Shown: positions 8,648 to 18,663 of the stretch, in pieces | Position numbering within the stretch: the stretch's first letter is position 1 | Layout of the letters: every line of letters begins with the position of its first letter | From: a virus | Virus record (IMG/VR): IMGVR_UViG_3300017991_000012 | Span: 1 to 64,000 of that record | DNA length: 64,000 nt | Reading direction: 5' to 3' (one strand) | Notes under the pieces: generated by a model | What the model was told of the DNA's origin: nothing | Database searches by the model: none | Seen by the model: only the letters and a program-made list of their open reading frames with translations | Made by a program: the position numbers and the translations under genes

Positions 8648-10064
8648 TTTCCCTCTCCTGAAGCTCTCGCAGGAACAGCTGCACGCAGTCCGCATACGTC
8701 CTGTCGTAGAACTTGCACTCGTACATGATTTTGTACAGCCCGTTTTTCATCTTCTCGCGCTTGACCACGTCAAGCAGCCCGTTGTTCAGCTTCACCTTCC
8801 TGTACCTGCTCAGGCACGTCGTCCTGAAGCCCTGGATCTCGAAAATCCTGTTCGTCTTCAGCGCGTGCCGCATGATCTGACCTTTCAGGAACTCCTGGCA
8901 CGTTATGGCCATCATCAACAGCCGGTTCGCCGTCGGGTACTTCTTCATCGGCGCATTAAACCCATAGGTCTCGAACACGTACTCGCTTCCTTCCTCCATG
9001 CGGCGGAGGTGGCCTGTGTGCAAGCCAACGATTCCGAAGATCTGTCCGTCTATGAGCATCACGAAATAATGCTCTGCCAACGTCGCGCCCAGCTTGTGCG
9101 CCCACAGATCGCGGTAGTAGCTCGCAACGTTGTGGTCCACACCTTTGCCGATGAAACTCACCTTGCTGTCTGGCCGAATCTCGTAATCCTCCGAGATGAT
9201 CGGAAGTGGCAGTCTTTCGCTTTCCTTCCACGGCCTCTGCCATGCGATCCCGTCGAATTCCGGTGCGTCCTTCAGCACCTCCGGCTTGGTTATCATGCAG
9301 TAGCTGTAGCTCACCGGGCTGAACTGCAGGCCCCAGAACAAATCCTCTTCTGGCAGATCGTCCTTCAGGTTGTACCTCGCCCATATGTACGTCGCCGGAC
9401 TTTTCTTGCTCTCCAAGTATAGATTCCCGAACTCGTCGTCGAAATCCATCTCCGGCGCCGTGAAGCCCCACGTCAGCTCCGGCTCGAAGTCGAACATCTT
9501 GGTATAGCCTTTGCGATACGCAGGCGGATGTACCAGCACCAGCGTTCGTTCGTCGTACTCGGCCCTCACCACATCGCGGATGTCCGCCATCTCGTACTTC
9601 ATCCCGCCAAGTTTTTCCTTCTGTTCCTCAAGTTGCGTGCATAGGCTCGCCAGGCACATATCTCGCTTGTCTATAAAATACTGCCTGTACTGGGTGAGGT
9701 ACATCTTGTTTGATTTCAGTTGACGCACGCGCATCAGCCATAGCAGGTAGGCTGCTTTTGCTACTTCTCGCTTGAATTTCCTGTATGCTAACTCGTGCTC
9801 TTCGTCCAGCTTGATCGGAAGCTCGTCGATCGGCCTTCCTGCGTACCAGCACCCAAGCACGGCACTGAACACGCTGATGTCGCTGCACTCCGCCTGCTTC
9901 GGATCAAAGCCCGCCGCGATCGCACCTCGTACCAGACAGAACTGTCCCGCGCATGGCACAATCAACCTGTCGTACCTATGCTTGATCTTCGCCATCAGCG
10001 ACGTAAGCATATCTCGCTCAGGCTGAGGATTCACACCCTGGAATATCTTGCCCATCGGATTCAT
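8616..10064 (-). CDS. putative DNA adenine methyltransferase-like / DNA modification protein
   Basis: SAM-binding-like LIVPCAGQF and SDIS; HPPAY at the DPPY position; extra C-terminal domain; adjacent to ParB. Confidence 0.6.
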   Translation of the reverse strand: MNPMGKIFQGVNPQPERDMLTSLMAKIKHRYDRLIVPCAGQFCLVRGAIAAGFDPKQAECSDISVFSAVLGCWYAGRPIDELPIKLDEEHELAYRKFKREVAKAAYLLWLMRVRQLKSNKMYLTQYRQYFIDKRDMCLASLCTQLEEQKEKLGGMKYEMADIRDVVRAEYDERTLVLVHPPAYRKGYTKMFDFEPELTWGFTAPEMDFDDEFGNLYLESKKSPATYIWARYNLKDDLPEEDLFWGLQFSPVSYSYCMITKPEVLKDAPEFDGIAWQRPWKESERLPLPIISEDYEIRPDSKVSFIGKGVDHNVASYYRDLWAHKLGATLAEHYFVMLIDGQIFGIVGLHTGHLRRMEEGSEYVFETYGFNAPMKKYPTANRLLMMAITCQEFLKGQIMRHALKTNRIFEIQGFRTTCLSRYRKVKLNNGLLDVVKREKMKNGLYKIMYECKFYDRTYADCVQLFLRELQERENARAETEQAG

Positions 10065-10069
10065 AGGTT

Positions 10070-10144
10070 TGGTTGCGGGTGCAGGAGTCGAACCATGCGT
10101 CTTCCGGCGCAGAACCGGGTATTCTACCGTTGAACTATCCCGCA
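10070..10144 (-). tRNA. tRNA-Gln(CTG), atypical or degenerate
   Basis: TGCGGGA TA GTTC AACGGTA GAAT A CCCGG TTCTGCG CCGGA AGAC GCATGG TTCGACT CCTGC ACCCGCA A CCA; cloverleaf with encoded CCA. Confidence 0.8.
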
Positions 10145-10752
10145 GTATCCTTTCTTTTCTTCGCCCGTTCGTTCAGTTCAAGCAGTCGTTTGTCGAACTC
10201 TTCCTGCGTGACCTTCTTGTCTCTCTCAGCCTGCTCGTCCACGAACTTGATCGGAACCTTGTTCTCCACCTCCGGCACCAGGCCCACGGTCTTGTACAGC
10301 TCGCTCTTGAACCTCACGATGCCCGTGCGCGTCTGCAGAATCTGAATGCGCCTGCCGCTCATCTCCATCGACGCTTCGCCACCAAGCATCATCTGGTACT
10401 CGCGTCTGAGCTGCATGTCTATGCCTTCGAGTGCCAGTATCTGATCTTCAACCAGCTGCCCTGGATTGCCGATGTTCAGATACCTTCGCATCCACTCGTG
10501 GCGCCTGTGCCAGTCCCTCCTTACTGTGTTCGCCAGCCTCTGCAGCGTTTTCGAATACTCCTGCGCTTGTTCCCTCTCTTCTGGTGGATTTCCAAGTTCG
10601 ACCTTCGCCACCTGCAGCGCTGCATCAGTAGCTGTCAGGCCCATGCCTTCAACGAGACGTACCATTGCGAAACGCCGATTTCGCAGGTAGTCATCTTCTT
10701 CGTCTCTAAGGTCGTTTGGATCAAGCGGTTCGATTTCGGCAAGTTCGCCCAT
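10135..10752 (-). CDS. hypothetical helical protein, possible terminase small subunit
   Basis: Helical with a C-terminal beta-like tail; context next to ParB/MTase; no decisive motif. Confidence 0.35.
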   Translation of the reverse strand: MGELAEIEPLDPNDLRDEEDDYLRNRRFAMVRLVEGMGLTATDAALQVAKVELGNPPEEREQAQEYSKTLQRLANTVRRDWHRRHEWMRRYLNIGNPGQLVEDQILALEGIDMQLRREYQMMLGGEASMEMSGRRIQILQTRTGIVRFKSELYKTVGLVPEVENKVPIKFVDEQAERDKKVTQEEFDKRLLELNERAKKRKDTAG

Positions 10753-10804
10753 GACATATTTGCCGCTTTCTGTCTCAAGAGATGTTGTCGATTATGGAAA
10801 TCAA

Positions 10805-11329
10805 CTAGACCTCTTTCAACATCTTTTTCGCCCGGCCGATCGCCTCGAAGCCCTCTCCGATCGTGATCGTCTTTCGCTTGTTCTTGGTCCTGTGTGCCTC
10901 GTACTCACCGGCCTCCTTCGGATCCATCTTGACAATCCTCTTCGCCAGCCTCCTACTGATGCCCCGCGGCCGTTCGATCCTGCTCGCGTCGATCCCGGCC
11001 ATCCTGATGCTCTTCTGCATCCGCTCCTGGATCCTCTCCTTGCGCTCTGCCAGCAGCATCCGCCTTCCCTCTTCGATCAAGCTCATCAGCATGTCGAAGA
11101 CATCGTCCTTCGTATCGTCAAAAGGACGATCTTTGTCGCTGGCATTGAACCTGTGCTTCGGCGGGAGTCGCACCCCGATGGCTTCGAAAAAACACCTGAT
11201 CCCAAACTCTCTGACTTTCTGCTTTGCCGCCCCCCACGACTCCCCGCCGGATTTCGTCTGTCCCAAGCATCCCCCCCTTTGCCGCGCCAGTAGAAAGCTA
11301 CACGGCTTGGGGGCATGTTGCAAGCACAT
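10805..11329 (-). CDS. hypothetical basic protein (start uncertain)
   Basis: ORF fills the gap between genes. Confidence 0.45.
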   Translation of the reverse strand: MCLQHAPKPCSFLLARQRGGCLGQTKSGGESWGAAKQKVREFGIRCFFEAIGVRLPPKHRFNASDKDRPFDDTKDDVFDMLMSLIEEGRRMLLAERKERIQERMQKSIRMAGIDASRIERPRGISRRLAKRIVKMDPKEAGEYEAHRTKNKRKTITIGEGFEAIGRAKKMLKEV

Positions 11330-11353
11330 TCTCCGATCGAAGTTGCAAGTGGT

Positions 11354-11797
11354 TTATTCGACGTCAGTTTTTGCGAGACAACGCGCACGCCTGGCTTCTG
11401 GGAAATCCCACAATCCGAGCTGGCCCTTGTACTCAATCTGGTTCCTGTACACCACCGGTTTCTTGAAGTACCATCCCACAAGACCATGCTCGTGCCATGT
11501 GCTGCGCCTGGGCTTCCGCTGGCTGATGCAGTCGTACATCTCGACCTCGCCCAGCATACAGCCCATGGGGAACATGCCAAGCCTGAGAGCGAAATCGTAC
11601 CTGGTCCTAAGCATCTCATACGCTTCGCTGTCAAAGCTCTGGCTCGCGTGAATGCACAGCAGTCCGCGGTGCTTGGTTTTCCACCGCCTGTTCTCGACAT
11701 CTTTCCAGACGTGAACGCCCGTGTGCCTGTCCAGTGCACCGTGGATGATCAGCTGCCCCCAAGGCTGCTTCACGCTCAAGGCTTTAGGCATTGGCAT
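11354..11797 (-). CDS. ASCH domain protein
   Basis: KALSVKQPW, KDVENR.W.T.HRG.L.IHAS, KGQLGLW. Confidence 0.9.
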   Translation of the reverse strand: MPMPKALSVKQPWGQLIIHGALDRHTGVHVWKDVENRRWKTKHRGLLCIHASQSFDSEAYEMLRTRYDFALRLGMFPMGCMLGEVEMYDCISQRKPRRSTWHEHGLVGWYFKKPVVYRNQIEYKGQLGLWDFPEARRARCLAKTDVE

Positions 11798-12006
11798 TTC
11801 TCCTTCTTCTCGATCACATTGCCGGTCTTGACCGCCTTGGTCCTGATCACCGTTCCCTTGTGCAGGGTCAGGATCGTGCTCTCGCCAGTCTCGATCAGCT
11901 CGGCCTTGACCGTCACCTGCTGCTCTATCCTGAATGCCTTGTCACGTTCTGTTACACTCGCGCTGCATCCTGCGCATAACACGAGCGCTATCAGTAACTT
12001 ACGCAT
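11776..12006 (-). CDS. small lipoprotein
   Basis: MRKLLIALVLCAGC lipobox. Confidence 0.65.
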   Translation of the reverse strand: MRKLLIALVLCAGCSASVTERDKAFRIEQQVTVKAELIETGESTILTLHKGTVIRTKAVKTGNVIEKKEKCQCLKP

Positions 12007-12007
12007 G

Positions 12008-12418
12008 CTATCCTCCTATCCATCCTATCGGACACTCTCCATATGCCTTTCTCATCAGCGCTATCGTCTCCTCGTGCGTTAAAGGGTTTCTTGTCCTGAT
12101 TCCGTAATCGCATGGCAGCGACTGACTTACGCCATACAGCCGGCAGATAAGCGGCCTTCTCTCGTACACCGGGCATCCGCCGCTGCAGACATATGCGCTG
12201 CATCCGCGCTTGATCGTCGTTCTCCTGATCTTGATCGGCAATCCTTGCTCGTCCAACCATGTCTGCATCGCATGCCGATGCGCTTCTCTGCAGCACAGGT
12301 CGCAGCCCTCGACACAGTCTGCCTCCGGTATCCTGCTGATGATTCTGTACCAGGCCTTGTGTGCTCTGGCAAGCTCGATACCTTTCCACTTCCGCAGCTT
12401 TTTCTCCGTGTAGCTCAT
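12008..12418 (-). CDS. YkgJ-like cysteine cluster protein
   Basis: CVEGCDLCC and GCPVYERRPLICRLYG. Confidence 0.85.
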   Translation of the reverse strand: MSYTEKKLRKWKGIELARAHKAWYRIISRIPEADCVEGCDLCCREAHRHAMQTWLDEQGLPIKIRRTTIKRGCSAYVCSGGCPVYERRPLICRLYGVSQSLPCDYGIRTRNPLTHEETIALMRKAYGECPIGWIGG

Positions 12419-12423
12419 CGCTC

Positions 12424-12816
12424 CTATTCCAGCTCTGGCTCATCATGGAAATAGTCGCAGTCGCTCTCGAACTCCTGCTCCATCTTTGTTACAATCTCGT
12501 CTTTTGCGCGTCTCATTTCCTTGTCTAGCGTCCTGTCTAGCTCTTCCGCGGCTTTCTCGCCAGCCCTCCTCGCGATGAACTCCTCCATCTGCTTCCGCTC
12601 CTCCGGGTCCTGGGCATCAAGCCAGATCTGGTCCACTGTGCGCTTCAACTCCTTGCACGGCCCGCACAGCAAGTTGCTCCGCTGCCAGTCCTTGCCAAAT
12701 GCATGCCCGATCTCCTGCAGTATCACATCATGGGCCTTGACCTCAACCGGCTCTGCCTCGCGCTGGAAGCAGCTCCTGCAGCTGAAGCCTTTAAGAACGA
12801 CAATGGGCTGGCTCAT
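12424..12816 (-). CDS. hypothetical Zn-binding protein
   Basis: Two CxxC pairs. Confidence 0.55.
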   Translation of the reverse strand: MSQPIVVLKGFSCRSCFQREAEPVEVKAHDVILQEIGHAFGKDWQRSNLLCGPCKELKRTVDQIWLDAQDPEERKQMEEFIARRAGEKAAEELDRTLDKEMRRAKDEIVTKMEQEFESDCDYFHDEPELE

Positions 12817-13051
12817 GGCGCTTCTCCTTTGTGGTCTTTGTCACTTCGGCCTCTATCAGCGTATCTCCGATCCGGACCTCCAGCCTGGGCTTGCGCCAGC
12901 TCATGGTCACGTTGCAGCAGCGCGTGCACGCTATCACGGTCTGGATGATCCTGACCATCAGCTCCTTGGCAAAGATCGTGTTCCGCTGCTCGGTCAGCCG
13001 GTTGCGCTTGCCACAGGCCGCGCACTGGCCGTATTCAGTCAGCGTCATCAT
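12791..13051 (-). CDS. hypothetical Zn-ribbon protein
   Basis: CAAC...CTRC; GGAGG RBS. Confidence 0.55.
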   Translation of the reverse strand: MMTLTEYGQCAACGKRNRLTEQRNTIFAKELMVRIIQTVIACTRCCNVTMSWRKPRLEVRIGDTLIEAEVTKTTKEKRHEPAHCRS

Positions 13052-13058
13052 TCCTCCT

Positions 13059-13331
13059 TTATGGCCCTACAAGGCAGTCGTGAGAACTGGCAAGCATACC
13101 GCATTTGGAACAGGTCACAGACCAGCCGTTTTCAAGATCCACTGCCGGCCCGTCCCATTTGTGATCACAGTCCTTTTTGTAATGCAGCCGTATGCATTCC
13201 ATTATCGGCAACGCACACCTGGTCCTATCACAAGTATATCCGCAGTTGCACCTGCATGGATCGACGTCTTTGAATCTCTCGTGAAGCTGCTCAAGCGTTA
13301 TCATCGGACTGCGATCTTCTCTGAGCATCAA
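13059..13331 (-). CDS. Cys-rich hypothetical protein
   Basis: CDHKWDGP...TCSKCG. Confidence 0.55.
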   Translation of the reverse strand: MMLREDRSPMITLEQLHERFKDVDPCRCNCGYTCDRTRCALPIMECIRLHYKKDCDHKWDGPAVDLENGWSVTCSKCGMLASSHDCLVGP

Positions 13332-13381
13332 TCGCCTTTCTCTTCTTCCGCTTACGCCTTCCGAGAATGCTCACTTGCGGG

Positions 13382-13627
13382 TTATCTGGCGTTGTGCGCA
13401 ATCAGTTCGCAGCCCTCGACGTGACAGAAGTCGTCAATGCGACAGTCGAAGCAGACGGTGAAGTTCGGGCAATGGTTCTCCACGATTTCGTAGACCTCGT
13501 TGCCGAAGCGGTCGCGCAGTGCATTCAGCACGGCCGTCAACATGCGGCTGTTGCCGTGGCCGACGACGGGGCAGTGGTTGCAGTCGCCATCGCACAACAA
13601 CGCATGATCCATCATTCGCCTTTCCAT
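13382..13627 (-). CDS. Cys-rich hypothetical protein
   Basis: CDGDCNHC, CFDC..DDFCH..GC. Confidence 0.6.
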   Translation of the reverse strand: MERRMMDHALLCDGDCNHCPVVGHGNSRMLTAVLNALRDRFGNEVYEIVENHCPNFTVCFDCRIDDFCHVEGCELIAHNAR

Positions 13628-14136
13628 CTACGCAGCCGCTCGTTCCAGAACCGATACGGGAACACTGAGTATATATGTGCCTTCACCGCCTCAGCAACAT
13701 TTTTCTTATGCAGGCGCTTGGCTTGTCGTACTTGGTGCATCAGCAGTGTCTGGTTCTCGTTATTCACCTCATAGATCCCTGCGAAATCCGGCACTTCACC
13801 TGGCTCGACCATGCCCTTCGGAAGGATGTAGCTGAACTCAATCGGACCACGCTCATCACCGGCTGCCAACATCTCCATCTTCGATCCCGTGTTTTCCTTG
13901 CGCCATTTGTGGCCTCTATGCCTGTACTCCCAGTCTGTCTTGTTCCAGTCATTCTTCAGATCGGCCTTGGTCAGCTTGATCTCATACTCGTGTGCGCAAT
14001 CTGCCTTGGTTATCCCAAGCAGATCACACTCGAACCACCTGACCGGCGTGTAGTTCGGGATGAGGATCTTGTACCTGTGGCTGTGCAGCCTGTAGAAGCA
14101 CATCTGCACATCAAACTCTGTCAGCCGGACTCCCAC
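13612..14136 (-). CDS. PD-(D/E)xK nuclease-like protein (MmcB-like)
   Basis: ECDLLGIT...EYEIKLTKADL.ND and VP.FAGIY. Confidence 0.75.
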   Translation of the reverse strand: MGVRLTEFDVQMCFYRLHSHRYKILIPNYTPVRWFECDLLGITKADCAHEYEIKLTKADLKNDWNKTDWEYRHRGHKWRKENTGSKMEMLAAGDERGPIEFSYILPKGMVEPGEVPDFAGIYEVNNENQTLLMHQVRQAKRLHKKNVAEAVKAHIYSVFPYRFWNERLRRWKGE

Positions 14137-14291
14137 CGTTACCCACCTGATTCAAGATGCACACGCTCGCCCGTAGCGGATACCCTGTCGAGTGATCCTT
14201 GCCCAGCAGCTTATTGAACAGCCTGCACGTCCACTGCCCGCTGTACCACACGTGCTCGCACGCGCCTGAGGCGCTGTAGCAGTGTTCGCGA

Positions 14292-14927
14292 TCACCCATC
14301 TTTCCCAGCTCTATCTTTACCTGCATCGTCTTTCCTCTCATAGCTCTCGTACTTCAGATTGCCCTTCCAGGTCATGCGCTTGTAGTCGAAGCTGATCTGG
14401 CCTGGCTCGCACACCATCTCTGCCTCGTCCGCGCTCATCCTGCTCTTGAGCTTCTTCGTCCCAGGCCATAGCTCGAACAGTACGGGCTTGGTGAACAGCA
14501 CGATCCCATCGCCCTCGGTCTCAATCCTGTCGGCTTTCAGATACTGAATCAGAACCCCGTCCTCGAAATCAGGCGCCTGTACGCTCGTTGCATGGAACCG
14601 CTCGCGCATGACCATCGACCTGCGTTCGCGCTTCATCTCCAGGCACACGTCATCCACGCCCTTCTTCGACGCGTACAGGCCAAGGAAGAACCCGCTGAGG
14701 ATCCCGCTGGCCAGAACGATCGCATAGAACACGACTCTGGCGTAGATGCTCATCCGATGTCCGTCCACCATATATTGCCCGCCAACTGTCCAATCTTCAG
14801 CCTTCTGCGGCTCAGTCTCCAGGCGCACGTAACCAGGCTGCGGTAGTGGCGACTTAACAGAATCGAACACCACCTGGTCGTCCTGCCCTGGCGGGCCTGG
14901 TCGATCGCTTCCTGAACCGTCTGGCAT
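14292..14927 (-). CDS. membrane-anchored hypothetical protein
   Basis: One hydrophobic segment VVFYAIVLASGILSGFFLGLY. Confidence 0.55.
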   Translation of the reverse strand: MPDGSGSDRPGPPGQDDQVVFDSVKSPLPQPGYVRLETEPQKAEDWTVGGQYMVDGHRMSIYARVVFYAIVLASGILSGFFLGLYASKKGVDDVCLEMKRERRSMVMRERFHATSVQAPDFEDGVLIQYLKADRIETEGDGIVLFTKPVLFELWPGTKKLKSRMSADEAEMVCEPGQISFDYKRMTWKGNLKYESYERKDDAGKDRAGKDG

Positions 14928-14928
14928 T

Positions 14929-15240
14929 CTACGATGCCTCCTTCTTCAGCCGGGCACTCGCCTTGCGTTCCTTGGCGATCTTCTTCATCGCCCGCATTGC
15001 CTGCGTGTACTCCATGTACTCGCCCTGGACCTGGAGCACAGGCAGAGGAATGTGGTCTGTGGCTATGCTTTCGCAAAAGGCTACCAGCTCCCTGCTTCCG
15101 TTTTCGCGCCAGCCCTCGTGATGGTCGTAGCGATCGGCCAGCTGAACGAACTCGTACTCGAAGCCCATCTCGCTCGCATGCTTCTTCGCGTTCTCGCACT
15201 TCTCGCATCCATCGGCTCCAAAGATCTGGACAGTCATCAT
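14929..15240 (-). CDS. glutaredoxin-like protein
   Basis: VQIFGADGCEKC and cis-Pro-like LPVL. Confidence 0.75.
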   Translation of the reverse strand: MMTVQIFGADGCEKCENAKKHASEMGFEYEFVQLADRYDHHEGWRENGSRELVAFCESIATDHIPLPVLQVQGEYMEYTQAMRAMKKIAKERKASARLKKEAS

Positions 15241-15396
15241 TATCTACTTTCCGTGTCTGGGTTTCAAACCATCCTCTCAGCCTTCCGTTTTGCCTTCTTC
15301 TCACGCCATAGCCTGGTCCGCATATCGACCATCCTGCCGCTGAACAACTCCCGGCGCTCTGCCTGTACCTCATTCCGAAAGCGCTCGTAGTCGCGC

Positions 15397-15822
15397 TCAG
15401 TCCAGTCCTTCTCCGCCTTCATCGTACTCCTCCCGCGCTTTCATCCTGCGTTCAAGATCACACGTGCACGGCCCGAAGCCGCTGCGTTTGTAGCTCTCGC
15501 ACCACTTTAGGTGATACGGTAGGTCAAGCTCGGTCTCGCCTATCTTCTGCCCCTTGTGCGTTCGGAACCTGGCCATCAGCGGATCACCACGATGTACGCG
15601 GTCGTGGCACTCAGGACAGAGACCTACGCCTACAAGCAAATACCACTCAGGGCCGGCCTCTTCGATCTCCTTCAGACTCAGCTGACTCTTCGGCTTCTTG
15701 TGATGCGGCACTGGAAAGCCGTCTGGGCCGAATCGGAAACCACAGCCGCCAGCACAGCGCCATCCCTGACGCTCCCATATCTCACGAGCCTGCGACTGGG
15801 TAAAGTTTTTGCTGACTTTCAT
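15397..15822 (-). CDS. HNH endonuclease
   Basis: RCAGGCG, HHKKPKS, LCPECHDRVH. Confidence 0.8.
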   Translation of the reverse strand: MKVSKNFTQSQAREIWERQGWRCAGGCGFRFGPDGFPVPHHKKPKSQLSLKEIEEAGPEWYLLVGVGLCPECHDRVHRGDPLMARFRTHKGQKIGETELDLPYHLKWCESYKRSGFGPCTCDLERRMKAREEYDEGGEGLD

Positions 15823-16151
15823 TCGTTTGATATCGTAGCCGTCCTGTTGCCTGCTTTCTCTATCTCATTGTGCAGATCAGCAAGCCCGACCTCAATCGCT
15901 TTCTCGCTGCTGGCCATGACCACCGTCGGATACAATTGGCACACGCTTTTCAGCTCCTGGCAGTTGACCGTGCCCAGGTGCGCCTGACCTGCAAGTGCGA
16001 TCTCTCGCATCTCACGCATGCTCTCGAACATCGCAACCGGCACCAGCACATACCGGTTCGGATACAAGTGCATGCTCTTCAGCTTCTCCACCAAGTCCTT
16101 CTTCGCCCCGCCTATGCTACCCACCTGCTGCTCTTCGTTTTCTGTCACCAT
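15819..16151 (-). CDS. hypothetical protein
   Basis: GAGGAG RBS; ATGA overlap. Confidence 0.55.
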   Translation of the reverse strand: MVTENEEQQVGSIGGAKKDLVEKLKSMHLYPNRYVLVPVAMFESMREMREIALAGQAHLGTVNCQELKSVCQLYPTVVMASSEKAIEVGLADLHNEIEKAGNRTATISNE

Positions 16152-16927
16152 CGTCGTCTCCTCATTTCGCTGAACATTCTCCCCGCACCTCGTACTTATG
16201 AAAGCCCCGTTTGCAATGGATGCACATCACGCATTGGTTGCCAGGAAACTCAGGATGCTCCACGCATGGACCGTGCGGCTTCTTCGCAGGCTTGCCCATG
16301 AATGAAAACGGAACTGAGCCGCCGCGCTCGTGCAGTTCATTCTCTATTTTCAGCCGCTTGTTCTCTGCACGCAATTCACGCAGCTCGCGCTCCTGATCCG
16401 TTTCGTGCATCATCTCAAGAAATTCGTGGCTCATCAGCTCCTTCTCATTTGTGTAAAAAGTCATCTGCCCGCCTGATCTCAATCTTGTTCTCGTGTCGGT
16501 TCTCGCACACGACAGTGCCTGGTCCGCTGCCTACTAGGATGTGTCCACAGCTGTTGCTGTGGCCCATCATGCAACAGAACTTGAACCGCATCTCATACTC
16601 GGTCAGGAAGCCCCGGTATTCGCCATTGACATAGATCTTGTATCGCATTGACACTCCTATTCTCAAACCCAACACTGTCATCTACCAGGGCACCATATTG
16701 GCAGTGCTCGTCCAACAACGCCCAGGTCTCCGTGCATCTGATAGTCGAACATCGACGTGAACTTCTCAGGACACGCAACCTGCCCATGCGCCCAAACTCC
16801 TTTCTTCGATCCATACCAGTAGTCCCAGACTCCTGGGCATGCATATTCTTCACGCCTTGCGCCATGCCGCTGGATGCAGCGGAAGCACTGGCGTCTGTTC
16901 TTCAGTCGTTTGGTGCTCATAGTCGCC

Positions 16928-17218
16928 TCAGTCCGTCGTATCGACAGTCCGGTATCCCATGCGTCCGTCCATTTCGATCCTGGCGCAGATTTCATCGAGA
17001 AGCTGTCGCGTGGTCGCGCATCCAAGGTTTGGTTGTGTTCCTGTATCGATTCTCGCATTCCACGACCGCATTGCTGATTCTGGTCGGAGGAAATCCTGCG
17101 TCATCGCACAACATTGGATCGCCATGCATTCAACCGCATGTACAACGCGCTCACTCACGACTCTCTCTACCACGTGCGCTTCGTTCCCGCAAAACGGGCA
17201 TGGCTTCAGTTCTTCCAT
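16928..17218 (-). CDS. Lar-family (restriction alleviation-like) Zn-ribbon protein
   Basis: ELKPCPFCG...V.C...C...A...WN.R. Confidence 0.8.
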   Translation of the reverse strand: MEELKPCPFCGNEAHVVERVVSERVVHAVECMAIQCCAMTQDFLRPESAMRSWNARIDTGTQPNLGCATTRQLLDEICARIEMDGRMGYRTVDTTD

Positions 17219-17438
17219 CGTCGTCTCTCCTCCATCTTCTCCGTCATCTGCTCCATGCAATTCTCGTCCTCATCCACGTGCGAGATGGCCGTCACCAGCT
17301 TGCAGCTGAAGTCGGCCGGTACGTCCATGCTCGACAGCCGTACCTCCGTGGCGTCGAACACAACCACACGCCCGCCGCTCGCGTACAGCCTGACCTCGGC
17401 TCGCTTGATGCCGTCAACTGGTCTCATGCGTTCGTCCT

Positions 17439-18098
17439 TTACGCCTTATACGACTGCTGCTCCGCAACCTTGAAGTCAATCACCCAAACCCACGGGTTCC
17501 TATTCCACTCGTAGCCACGCTTGGCGTTGATAGAATCCCAAAGCAACCTGAAATGCTCAATTGGATCATACCACTCGCCATCATTCGGCTCAGCGTAATC
17601 CACGCCTTCAGCCAAAGCATCCTTTGTTGAAATGCGCTGCACTCGCTCAACTCGGATTCCCTTCACCTTCAAGTCAAGACGACTAGCCCAACGCGGCATA
17701 TGAATAGATGGACGCTTGCGCCAGAATGGTCGATACGCCTGCCCCGGCCTTGCATCTTCACTCCCAAGCTCACATGTCGCGGCATACTTGACTTTCTTTG
17801 TCCCGCTCCAGGTGGCATCCTCGTCATCTGCACCATCCCAGGGCGGCATGGAATACCGACCAAGCTGATACCACGTTTCGCGCACCCACAACTGGTCAAA
17901 TTCCCACGGGCAGTTCACATCAAAGTCCAGACATTGCCAACACGGCTTGCCATTTGCTCGCTCTATCTCGTTCAGCAACTTCCATATGGCTGGCTTGCAC
18001 ACACGCCGCGTTTGCGTCTTGACCCCATCCAGAATCGCCCGCACCATCGAGCCAGAGAACAGAATGGGTTTTTCGTCTACAGCCTTCGCCTCATCCAT
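17439..18098 (-). CDS. phage ASCH/PUA-like protein
   Basis: PILFSGSMVRAILDG.KTQTRR, LWVRETW, PSIHMPRWASR, NPWVWVI.F. Confidence 0.9.
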   Translation of the reverse strand: MDEAKAVDEKPILFSGSMVRAILDGVKTQTRRVCKPAIWKLLNEIERANGKPCWQCLDFDVNCPWEFDQLWVRETWYQLGRYSMPPWDGADDEDATWSGTKKVKYAATCELGSEDARPGQAYRPFWRKRPSIHMPRWASRLDLKVKGIRVERVQRISTKDALAEGVDYAEPNDGEWYDPIEHFRLLWDSINAKRGYEWNRNPWVWVIDFKVAEQQSYKA

Positions 18099-18337
18099 TC
18101 GCTTATCCCCTCACGCCTTTTCGGAATAGTCGATCAAAAGCCCAAATCAAAACACTCAATAGCAAGCCTCAAAGCCTTTTCTGCTTGCGCCTTTGCCCCT
18201 CGTCCGTAGAAATTTATCTCGCCACGGTAGGCTTCTAAGATGCGCTGGCCTAGCGGGGTCAACGCTTGGACGAAATAGCATGTCGATTCGCCTCTTACCT
18301 GTTCACGCTGCACATGTAGATCATTCATGCTATTCGC

Positions 18338-18655
18338 TTATCCCCTCTTTTCAGAATACTCCATGCCCTCAATCTTTTCCTCTAGTTCATTGATCTGATC
18401 CTGTAGCCGCTGCGTAAACTCATCCGCATCTTTTCGGTATCGCTCAAATTCATTAACGTTGTCCGCAAGCGCGTGGCTCAGCTTTTGGCATTCTTCTGCC
18501 AGCCGCTCATTCTCTGCGCCTAATTTTTCGGCCAAAGCGTGATCTTGTTCATGTAAAAACTTTTCGCGTTCCAATTGTTCAAAAACATCTGACTTCTCTG
18601 CGCGAAGCTGCCGCCTTTCTTCGTCTAATCTTTCATCTGTTGTAGGTGTCATCAT
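18338..18655 (-). CDS. coiled-coil hypothetical protein
   Basis: Heptad-rich ORF. Confidence 0.55.
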   Translation of the reverse strand: MMTPTTDERLDEERRQLRAEKSDVFEQLEREKFLHEQDHALAEKLGAENERLAEECQKLSHALADNVNEFERYRKDADEFTQRLQDQINELEEKIEGMEYSEKRG

Positions 18656-18663
18656 TCGCCTTT

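Noticed and set aside
10070-10144. tRNA as a prophage attachment site
   Set aside because: Phage genes lie on both sides; no integrase or duplicated 3' end in the window
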